Assembly (NCBI GenBank): GCA_965224465.1
Contig: OZ245049.1
Coordinates: 2,100,001-2,132,000 of the forward strand
Origin: Flavobacteriaceae bacterium
Lineage (GTDB): Bacteria > Bacteroidota > Bacteroidia > Flavobacteriales > Flavobacteriaceae
Length of the DNA: 32,000 bases
Reading direction: 5' to 3'
Shown: in pieces, positions 25,230 to 32,000 of the stretch
Layout of the letters: every line of letters begins with the position of its first letter
How positions within the stretch are numbered: the first letter of the stretch is position 1
Program-made: the position numbers and the translations under genes
Notes under the pieces: generated by a model
The model's database searches: none
What the model was told of the DNA's origin: nothing
Seen by the model: only the letters and a program-made list of their open reading frames with translations

Positions 25230-26378
25230 ATGTCTCTTTTCAAAAATACATCTATCCGTAAATGGGGAATCCTCATCGCTTCTTTTGTAATTGTAAGCGC
25301 CATTTTATGGAACACCTATGATTTTATCCAAAAATTTAAGGTGGAGGAACGCAGAAAAATGGGAATTATAGCAGGTGCTTATGGTCGGTTTAATGACAAT
25401 TCAAATTTAAACGCTGATATTACTTTAGAAAGCGAAATTGTATATGGAAATCACAACATCCCAATGATTGTGACAGATGAGCAAAATAACATTACGCAAC
25501 ATCATTTTCTGGATGCCAACAAAACCAAGGACAGCAGCTATGTTTTCCAGCAATTGGCTCTCATGAAAAAGGAAAATCAACCTTTAATTATAGGGTATAG
25601 AAATAATTCCAAACAGTATATCTATTACCGAGATTCAGACTTACTTAACAAGTTAAAATACTATCCCTTAGCCTTAATTTTTATTCTGTTTCTTTTTGCC
25701 AGCGTGATCTTCTTATTTTTTAAATCCAACAAATCCGCCGAACAAAACAAATTATGGACAGGAATGGCCAAGGAAACGGCACATCAAATAGGAACACCTC
25801 TCACCTCACTATTAGGTTGGGTAGAAATCCTAAGACTCGAGAATACGGACAAAACAATGGTAGATGAAATAGAGAAAGACATTCACAGGCTCAACACTAT
25901 CGCTGAAAGATTCTCTAAAATTGGTTCTGTTCCCACCTTAAAAAAACAAAACATTGTAAGCAGTACAGAAACAGCTTACAACTATTTAAAATCAAGAAGT
26001 TCTAAACAAATAACGTTTAGTTTTAAAAGCACTGACAAAACAATATACACAGCTCTAAATATTCAACTATACAGCTGGGTAATAGAGAACTTGATTAAAA
26101 ACGCCATAGATGCAATGGGAGGTAAAGGAAAAATATCTATTGAAATAAGCAAGACCCCTCAAGGAGCAAAAATATTAATTACTGATAATGGGAAAGGAAT
26201 TCCTAAAAAATTACACAACACCATTTTCAACCCTGGATTCACCACTAAAAAAAGAGGCTGGGGACTCGGACTCTCTTTAGCAAAACGCATTATAGAAGAC
26301 TACCACAATGGTCGGATTTTTGTATTAAAATCTAGCCCAAAAGGCAGTGTTTTTTGTCTTTTACTTAAAGAAAACTAG
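25230..26378 (+). CDS. Sensor histidine kinase (two TM segments, HisKA + HATPase_c), no adjacent response regulator
   Basis: TM segments are WGILIASFVIVSAILW and YYPLALIFILFLFASVIFLFF. The H-box is AKETAHQIGTPLTSLLGW. ATPase boxes are ENLIKNAIDAM, DNGKGIP and GWGLGLSLAKRI. The track start 25224 is TTG. I prefer ATG 25230. Confidence 0.85.
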   Translation: MSLFKNTSIRKWGILIASFVIVSAILWNTYDFIQKFKVEERRKMGIIAGAYGRFNDNSNLNADITLESEIVYGNHNIPMIVTDEQNNITQHHFLDANKTKDSSYVFQQLALMKKENQPLIIGYRNNSKQYIYYRDSDLLNKLKYYPLALIFILFLFASVIFLFFKSNKSAEQNKLWTGMAKETAHQIGTPLTSLLGWVEILRLENTDKTMVDEIEKDIHRLNTIAERFSKIGSVPTLKKQNIVSSTETAYNYLKSRSSKQITFSFKSTDKTIYTALNIQLYSWVIENLIKNAIDAMGGKGKISIEISKTPQGAKILITDNGKGIPKKLHNTIFNPGFTTKKRGWGLGLSLAKRIIEDYHNGRIFVLKSSPKGSVFCLLLKEN

Positions 26379-26754
26379 CTATTTTTACTGCCAAAGCTTT
26401 AAATTCTTCAGGTTTTAAACTTACTTTTTTTCCAAAAGTAGCATCTTCCATCTTATTTAAAGGAATTAAATGCACGTGAACATGTGGCACTTCCAACCCT
26501 ATTACCGTCATCCCTATCCGTTTACAATCCACTGCTTTTTCTAATGCTACAGCAATTTTTCTAGCATACGTCATTAAACTGGCATACATAGCTTCATCCA
26601 GCTCAAACAGACGGTTAACTTCCTTTTTAGGAACAACCAATGTGTGCCCAGCAGTATTTGGATTGATGTCTAAAAAGACAAAAAAATCCTTATTTTCTGC
26701 AATTTTATACGATGGGATTTCACCCGCTATAATTTTTGTAAATATAGAACTCAT
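26365..26754 (-). CDS. HIT-family (histidine triad) nucleotide hydrolase/transferase
   Basis: 129 aa. It has the histidine triad HVHVHLIP and the N-terminus IFTKIIAGEIPSYKIAEN. Its 3' end overlaps the convergent kinase gene by 14 nt. Confidence 0.9.
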   Translation of the reverse strand: MSSIFTKIIAGEIPSYKIAENKDFFVFLDINPNTAGHTLVVPKKEVNRLFELDEAMYASLMTYARKIAVALEKAVDCKRIGMTVIGLEVPHVHVHLIPLNKMEDATFGKKVSLKPEEFKALAVKIASFL

Positions 26755-26891
26755 CTTTTAATTATTTTATAGTTCACAACAACATCCTGAAAACGTACAT
26801 TTTACCTCTAGGAAATAAATCCGCTATCAAGAAATCAACAAAAAAAGCCCTCTTGATATTTTAAAAAGAACTTTTTAAATTTATGTTACAC

Positions 26892-27365
26892 TTATCTTGA
26901 AATATCTATGATTTCAAATTTCATCACTCCACTAGGTACTTTTATCTCAGCTACATCTCCTACTTCTTTCCCTAGTAATCCTCTACCTATAGGTGAACTT
27001 ACAGATAATTTTCCGTTTTTAATATCGGTTTCACTATCTGCAACCAAGGTATATGAGAATTCTACGTTGTTTGCCTGATTCTTTATTTTCACATTCGAAT
27101 GAATCAATATTTTAGAATCATCTAACAAAGATTCATCTACAATTCTCGCACTAGAAACAACTTGTTTTAATTTCGCTATTTTTAATTCTAAATAAGATTG
27201 CTCTTCTTTTGCTGCGTGATATTCTGCATTTTCACTCAAATCTCCTTTATCTCTCGCCTCTGCAATATCATTACTCACTCTTGGACGCTCTACAGACTCT
27301 AACTGTTCCAACTCTAATTTTAATTTTTTTAATCCTTCAGCGGTATAGTAAGATACTTCACTCAT
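26892..27365 (-). CDS. greA: Transcription elongation factor GreA
   Basis: YYTAEGLKKLKLELEQLESVERPRVSNDIAEARDKGDLSENAEYHAAKEEQ is the canonical GreA coiled-coil N-terminus. The track start 27395 is TTG. I prefer ATG 27365 (MSEVSYY...). Confidence 0.9.
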   Translation of the reverse strand: MSEVSYYTAEGLKKLKLELEQLESVERPRVSNDIAEARDKGDLSENAEYHAAKEEQSYLELKIAKLKQVVSSARIVDESLLDDSKILIHSNVKIKNQANNVEFSYTLVADSETDIKNGKLSVSSPIGRGLLGKEVGDVAEIKVPSGVMKFEIIDISR

Positions 27366-27420
27366 AATATTCATTTTAAATATAAAAAATCCCAAAACTG
27401 ATTACCAGTATGAGATTCAC

Positions 27421-27449
27421 ATTTACAAATATACAAAATATTTGTAAAT
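27421..27449. promoter_or_regulatory. Perfect 12-bp inverted repeat with 5-nt spacer in the greA/lipoprotein divergent region; overlaps a candidate greA -7 box
   Basis: The arms are ATTTACAAATAT (27421..27432) and ATATTTGTAAAT (27438..27449), separated by acaaa. On the minus strand, TATATTTG (plus 27426..27433) sits inside the left arm, ~60 nt upstream of the greA ATG. The repeat itself is certain; its function is inferred. Confidence 0.5.
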
Positions 27450-27494
27450 TGCCATCGTTATATTTACAACGTTAAACTACAATCAATCATATAC

Positions 27495-27920
27495 ATGAAC
27501 CGTCTTTTATTTTTATTATTATTTATTTTCGTTTTAACAGCATGCGAGAAGAACACAAACAACGATGTACTTCCTCAAGTAGATGTAGACACAACAGTAG
27601 ACTTAAATCTCCCGTCCTATCAAGACCTAAACACACCAACAGGCTATGCTATACATGCAAGTAATAAAGTTGGAGTCAATGGGATTCTAATTTTAAATAC
27701 AGGATCTTCACCTACTTACAAGGCTTTTGACTTGGCCTGCCCCAATTTTGATTGTACTAAACGATTGCTATTTAAAGGAGGGCTTACCTTAATTTGTGCT
27801 TGCGATGGAGAAAAATACAGCATCCTCACTGGAGCTCCACAAACAGAGGGCTACAAACACTTTGCGAGAGAATACCGAGTAAGAAAAAACGGAAATATCC
27901 TTAGAATCACTAATTTCTAA
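27495..27920 (+). CDS. Lipoprotein with degenerate bc1-type Rieske-like Cys boxes
   Basis: 141 aa. The lipoprotein signal is MNRLLFLLLFIFVLTA|C. Box I is CPNFDC (27738..27755) and box II is CACDGE (27795..27812), 16 residues apart. This matches the Rieske pattern CxHxxC...CxCH, with His replaced by Asn and Asp. Confidence 0.7.
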   Translation: MNRLLFLLLFIFVLTACEKNTNNDVLPQVDVDTTVDLNLPSYQDLNTPTGYAIHASNKVGVNGILILNTGSSPTYKAFDLACPNFDCTKRLLFKGGLTLICACDGEKYSILTGAPQTEGYKHFAREYRVRKNGNILRITNF

Positions 27921-27931
27921 TTTCAGTTCCT

Positions 27932-27939
27932 TATTTTTG
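27932..27939 (+). promoter_or_regulatory. Candidate -7 box (TATTTTTG) for purK-purE
   Basis: The 8-mer tatttttg matches TAnnTTTG and lies 21 nt upstream of the purK ATG (27960), followed by an A-rich leader. Confidence 0.4.
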
Positions 27940-27959
27940 CAAAAAAAGAATTAAAAGTG

Positions 27960-29102
27960 ATGAATTATTTTTCTTCCAATTTTAAATTGGGTGTGTTAGG
28001 CGGTGGTCAATTAGGTAAAATGCTTTTAGCAGAAACTCATAAATTTGACATTTACACCTGTGTTTTAGAAAATTTCCCCGACGCACCTTGCGCCAATATT
28101 TGTGACGAATTTCACTTAGGCGACTTGATGAATTATGACGATGTTTATAATTTCGGCAAAAAAGTAGACTTGCTTACGGTAGAAATCGAACGCATAAACA
28201 TTGCCGCCTTAAAACAACTAGAAAAAGAAGGTCTAGAAATCTTTCCTCAACCTAGCGTATTGGAAACCATTCAACACAAAGGAGTTCAGAAAGATTTTTA
28301 CACACAAAAAAACATCCCAACAGCAGCTTACCAACGTTTTTCTAGTCTATCGGAATTAAAAAACGCACATCTAAGCTTTCCTTTTGTTTGGAAAATAGCT
28401 CAATTTGGTTATGATGGAACAGGCGTAAAAATAGTTCGAAATTCAGATGACTATATCGGACTTCCAGACTCGGATTGTATTACAGAACAGCTGGTACCTT
28501 TTAAAAAAGAACTCGCTGTAATTGTTTCAAGAAACAAAGACGGAGACATTAAAACATACCCTGTAGTAGAAATGGAGTTTCACCCAGAGGCAAATCAAGT
28601 AGAATATGTAATTTGCCCTGCTAGGATAAACACTGCTGTTGCAAAAAAAGCCAACGACATTGCTTTGCAAGTAGCGAATTCTTTTAAACACATCGGTTTA
28701 TTAGCTGTAGAAATGTTTCAAACCCGCGAGGATGAAATAATTGTAAACGAAGTTGCTCCAAGAACACACAACAGCGGTCATTACAGTATTGAAGCATCCA
28801 TCACCAATCAATTTGAACAACATATACGAAGTATACTTAACCTACCCTTAGGTTGTACTGATAGTAAAATGGCAGGTATTATGGTAAATTTAGTTGGCGC
28901 AGAAGGGCACACTGGAGATGTTGTATATAAAAACATGAGTGATATTTTGAGAATGCCAGGCGTAACTCCACATATTTATGGTAAAAAACAAACACGTCCA
29001 TTTCGTAAAATGGGACATGTAACTATTGTAAATAAAGACCTTTCAAAAGCACGTGAAATTGCAGAAAAAGTAAAGAATACGATACAGGTAATTAGCAAAT
29101 AA
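27960..29102 (+). CDS. purK: N5-carboxyaminoimidazole ribonucleotide synthase (ATP-grasp)
   Basis: LGVLGGGQLGKML, the ATP-grasp core, NEVAPRTHNSGHYS and the C-terminal RKMGHVT are typical PurK blocks. The track start 27957 is GTG. ATG follows immediately at 27960. Confidence 0.9.
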   Translation: MNYFSSNFKLGVLGGGQLGKMLLAETHKFDIYTCVLENFPDAPCANICDEFHLGDLMNYDDVYNFGKKVDLLTVEIERINIAALKQLEKEGLEIFPQPSVLETIQHKGVQKDFYTQKNIPTAAYQRFSSLSELKNAHLSFPFVWKIAQFGYDGTGVKIVRNSDDYIGLPDSDCITEQLVPFKKELAVIVSRNKDGDIKTYPVVEMEFHPEANQVEYVICPARINTAVAKKANDIALQVANSFKHIGLLAVEMFQTREDEIIVNEVAPRTHNSGHYSIEASITNQFEQHIRSILNLPLGCTDSKMAGIMVNLVGAEGHTGDVVYKNMSDILRMPGVTPHIYGKKQTRPFRKMGHVTIVNKDLSKAREIAEKVKNTIQVISK

Positions 29103-29123
29103 CAATACAAAAAAAACATACAG

Positions 29124-29606
29124 ATGAAAGTAGGCGTAATTATGGGAAGCATTTCAGACCTTCCAATCATGCAACAAGCCATAGATATATTAAAAGATTT
29201 TTCTATAACTACAGAAGTAGATATTGTTTCTGCACACAGAACACCAGAAAAACTAGTAGACTATGCAACCAATGCTCATAAAAGAGGTATTCATGTAATA
29301 ATTGCAGGTGCTGGAGGTGCTGCTCATTTACCGGGCATGGTAGCTGCCATGAGTCCATTACCCGTAATAGGCGTTCCTATTAAATCTAGAAATTCCATAG
29401 ATGGATGGGATTCTGTTTTATCAATCTTACAAATGCCTGGAGGTGTCCCTGTTGCTACGGTAGCACTTGATGGCGCACAAAACGCAGGCATACTAGCTGT
29501 TCAAATCCTTGGAAGTTCAAACGGTAAAATCCAGCAAGAAATTATTGCTTTCAAAGAACGCTTAAAAGAAAAAGTGATAAAAGCAGCTGCAGAATTACAG
29601 CAATAG
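29124..29606 (+). CDS. purE: N5-carboxyaminoimidazole ribonucleotide mutase
   Basis: VGVIMGSISDLPIM, SAHRTPEK and GAGGAAHLPGMVAA are canonical PurE motifs. The gene starts 21 nt after purK. Confidence 0.95.
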   Translation: MKVGVIMGSISDLPIMQQAIDILKDFSITTEVDIVSAHRTPEKLVDYATNAHKRGIHVIIAGAGGAAHLPGMVAAMSPLPVIGVPIKSRNSIDGWDSVLSILQMPGGVPVATVALDGAQNAGILAVQILGSSNGKIQQEIIAFKERLKEKVIKAAAELQQ

Positions 29607-29609
29607 TTT

Positions 29610-29783
29610 TTAAAACAATTCGGCTGGCACCACTACTACTTCTTCTCCTCTATGATTTAAGAAAGAAAATTTTGGTGTCAGTGTATGTAGGTTTAATTTG
29701 ATTTTTGTTGCTTCCATTACTTCTTCATTTTTTACCAATCGTAAATAAGTATCACTTTCGGCGGTGTTTGTAATTGCATTCAT
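29610..29783 (-). CDS. Candidate small ORF (57 aa), function unknown; below the ORF-track length threshold
   Basis: The ORF runs from ATG 29783 to TAA 29610. It translates as MNAITNTAESDTYLRLVKNEEVMEATKIKLNLHTLTPKFSFLNHRGEEVVVVPAELF. A TAGCTTTG box (plus 29833..29840) lies 50 nt upstream on the same strand. I recognise no homology, and it could be fortuitous. Confidence 0.3.
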   Translation of the reverse strand: MNAITNTAESDTYLRLVKNEEVMEATKIKLNLHTLTPKFSFLNHRGEEVVVVPAELF

Positions 29784-30102
29784 AATTTTGTGTTTAGATT
29801 TAAAACGTTCTCAGCTATAAAAAATTATATTTCAAAGCTACTATTACTGAATATTAGTATACTTATCAGTTCTGAGACACAAATATATGAGTCAAGTCAC
29901 TTATTTAATTACAGTAAAAAAACATACATTTACTATCTATCGCTACCACGTACACACAAAAAAATGTTTTACAATTTAAAACTCCTAGAAACAGAAAGAA
30001 TAAACCCCTTTTTACATCTATTATTCGCCTAGAAAAAACAACAAACAACTTATTAAACACATTTTTTTTAAAAGTCGTCTCGGTTTATAGCACAGATAAG
30101 AA

Positions 30103-30110
30103 TATATTTG
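30103..30110 (+). promoter_or_regulatory. Candidate -7 box (TATATTTG) for the M3 peptidase gene
   Basis: The 8-mer tatatttg lies 29 nt upstream of ATG 30139. Confidence 0.4.
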
Positions 30111-30138
30111 TTCAAAAATAACTTTAGTAAAATTGATT

Positions 30139-32000
30139 ATGAACAACCCGCTGTTACAACCTTTCGGTACACCCTTTACGTCTGCCCCCTTCTCTAAGAT
30201 AGAAAACAAACATTTTAAACCCGCTTTTCGTAAAGCAATTGAATTAGCAAAAGCTGAAATTGACAGCATTGTATCAAACCCATTGCCTGCTACTTATGAG
30301 AACGTAATAGAAGCCATGGAATTTTCAGGAGAGATTTTAGACCGAATCTCTAGTATATTTTTTAACTTGAATTCCGCAGAAACAACTGACGAAATCCAAA
30401 AAATAGCACAAGAAATATCGCCATTACTAACAGATTTCTCTAATGATGTCCGACTAAATCTTGAATTATTCAATAAAATAAAAACACTCTATCTTCAAAA
30501 AGACGGGCTAAAACTAAACAGTGAACAACTGATGGTTTTGGAAAAGAAATATCATGGGTTCACTAGAAACGGCGCTAATTTAAATAACAAAAACAAAGAG
30601 ATACTTCGTAAAATAGACACTGAACTTTCTCAAGTCTCCCTAAAATTTGGAGAAAACGTATTGGCAGAAACAAACGCTTACCAGTTAATAATCACCGAAG
30701 AAAAACAATTAGAAGGTATTCCCTCAACAGCTATTGAGACCGCCAAATCATTGGCCAAAAGCAATAACACTAAAGGATGGATTTTCACCTTAGATTATCC
30801 AAGTTACATCCCTGTAGTAACCTATGCAAAAGACAGAGAACTCAGAAAAAAAATAACAATCGCCGCAGGTAAAAAAGGATTTCAAAAAAACGAATTCAAC
30901 AACGAGGCTATTGTATTAAAAATAGTAAACCTACGTTACAAAAGAGCTCAATTACTAGGTTATAAATCTCATGCACATTTCGTACTAGAAGAACGCATGT
31001 CAGAAACTCCAGAAAACGTAATGTCTTTTTTAAATGATTTACTTGAAAAAGCCAAGCCAACTGCTTTAAAACAATTCAAACAATTACAAGATTTTGCCCA
31101 TAAAGACGGAATTAAAATATTTGAAAAATGGGACAGTGCCTATTATTCCGAAAAATTAAAAAAGGAATTATTTAATTTAGACGACGAAGCCCTCAAACCA
31201 TATTTCCAATTAGACAACGTAGTTGCTGGAGTATTTACAATTGCACAAAAACTATACGATTTGCATTTCGAAGAAATAGTTGATATAGATACGTATCACA
31301 AAGACGTAAAGACATACAAAGTTACAGACAAAAACAACAAAGAAATAGCCTTGTTCTATACCGATTTTTTTCCAAGAAAAGGAAAACGAAATGGAGCATG
31401 GATGACCTCTTATAAAAACCAGTATATATATAAAGGAGTAAATAGTCGCCCGCATGTATCCATTGTCTGTAATTTCAGTAAGCCAACATCCAGCACTCCA
31501 GCCTTATTAACTTTTAACGAAGTTACCACGCTTTTTCATGAATTTGGACATGCTTTACACGGAATGCTTGCCAATACCACCTACCCCAGTTTATCTGGTA
31601 CATCTGTCCAATGGGATTTTGTAGAACTTCCAAGTCAAGTATTAGAAAACTGGTGTTTTGAAAAAGAAGCATTGAGCTTATTTGCAAAACACTATAAAGA
31701 CAACAGTCCGCTTCCAATGGAATATATAGAAAAAATCAAGGAACTAGGATCCTTTATGGAAGGACTACAGACATTACGCCAATTAAGTTTTGGAATGCTA
31801 GACATGCAATGGCATGGAAAAGACCCTTCTGAAATTAAAAACGTAAAAACTTTTGAAACCAAAGCCTTTAAAAACACGCAACTTTTTTCAGATACTCCAG
31901 AAAACTGTATGAGTACCGCATTTTCCCATATTTTTCAAGGAGGATATTCTGCTGGCTATTACTCTTACAAATGGGCAGAAGTACTAGACGCAGATGCTTT
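30139..32000 (+). CDS. dcp: M3-family zinc metallopeptidase, peptidyl-dipeptidase Dcp-like (C-terminus beyond the right window edge)
   Basis: Absent from the ORF track because it has no stop in the window. The translation starts MNNPLLQPFGTPFTSAPFSKIENKHFKPAF... The frame is open for 620 codons. The zinc motif HEFGH is at 31537..31551, followed by ...VELPSQVLENW, which is typical of the thimet/Dcp family. Confidence 0.88.
   Translation, partial: MNNPLLQPFGTPFTSAPFSKIENKHFKPAFRKAIELAKAEIDSIVSNPLPATYENVIEAMEFSGEILDRISSIFFNLNSAETTDEIQKIAQEISPLLTDFSNDVRLNLELFNKIKTLYLQKDGLKLNSEQLMVLEKKYHGFTRNGANLNNKNKEILRKIDTELSQVSLKFGENVLAETNAYQLIITEEKQLEGIPSTAIETAKSLAKSNNTKGWIFTLDYPSYIPVVTYAKDRELRKKITIAAGKKGFQKNEFNNEAIVLKIVNLRYKRAQLLGYKSHAHFVLEERMSETPENVMSFLNDLLEKAKPTALKQFKQLQDFAHKDGIKIFEKWDSAYYSEKLKKELFNLDDEALKPYFQLDNVVAGVFTIAQKLYDLHFEEIVDIDTYHKDVKTYKVTDKNNKEIALFYTDFFPRKGKRNGAWMTSYKNQYIYKGVNSRPHVSIVCNFSKPTSSTPALLTFNEVTTLFHEFGHALHGMLANTTYPSLSGTSVQWDFVELPSQVLENWCFEKEALSLFAKHYKDNSPLPMEYIEKIKELGSFMEGLQTLRQLSFGMLDMQWHGKDPSEIKNVKTFETKAFKNTQLFSDTPENCMSTAFSHIFQGGYSAGYYSYKWAEVLDADA

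Noticed and set aside
27934-27945. Perfect palindrome tttttgcaaaaa after the Rieske-like lipoprotein gene, considered as a terminator
   Set aside because: It has only one G:C pair and no loop, so it is not a credible intrinsic terminator. The same bases form a TATTTTTG -7 box at the right distance from purK, which explains them better.
29790-30269. Track ORFs 29790..30032(+) and 30021..30269(-)
   Set aside because: The first lies in the A/T-rich promoter region and has an implausible composition. The second is antisense to, and overlaps, the start of the well-supported M3 peptidase gene.
31252-31877. Three 61-67-aa minus-strand track ORFs
   Set aside because: They are antisense to the open M3 peptidase frame that contains the HEFGH zinc motif.
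1-32000. Search for CRISPR arrays, tRNA/rRNA genes, IS elements, integrases and prophage remnants
   Set aside because: I saw no regularly spaced direct repeats, no GC-rich cloverleaf-like segments in the spacers, no transposase- or integrase-like ORFs, and no terminal inverted repeats flanking any gene block.

Overview
AT-rich segment (about one-third G+C by eye) that looks like a Flavobacteriia/Bacteroidota chromosome. The leaders are A-rich with no Shine-Dalgarno, TAnnTTTG -7 boxes recur, lipoproteins and a repeat-rich surface protein are present, and GH3, DUF2797 and DUF3127 genes occur. I call 25 protein-coding genes plus one candidate ORF below the track's size threshold. Two large genes run off the window edges and so are missing from the supplied ORF track. 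One is a giant FG-GAP/VCBS-repeat surface protein (1..3874, minus strand). The other is an M3 zinc peptidase, Dcp-like (30139..32000, plus strand). Most of the rest is housekeeping: polyprenyl synthase, rlmN, queA, aroA, aat, a MazG-like gene, a HIT-family gene, greA, purK and purE. These are interspersed with a hybrid TPR histidine kinase/receiver/AraC regulator, an orphan histidine kinase and several uncharacterised envelope proteins. I saw no rRNA, tRNA, CRISPR array, transposase, integrase or recognisable defence island. The most unusual items are: (1) an SF2 DEAH helicase fused to a C-terminal transmembrane hairpin and an unassigned domain, overlapping the polyprenyl synthase gene; (2) a tight three-gene operon of unassignable envelope proteins, one with a repetitive acidic linker; (3) an ~840-nt ORF-free, strongly G-depleted spacer; (4) a lipoprotein with bc1-type Rieske boxes in which both His ligands are replaced; (5) a DUF3127 protein with an SSB-like DDLPF tail. 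All family assignments come from motif recognition by eye. No database search was run.
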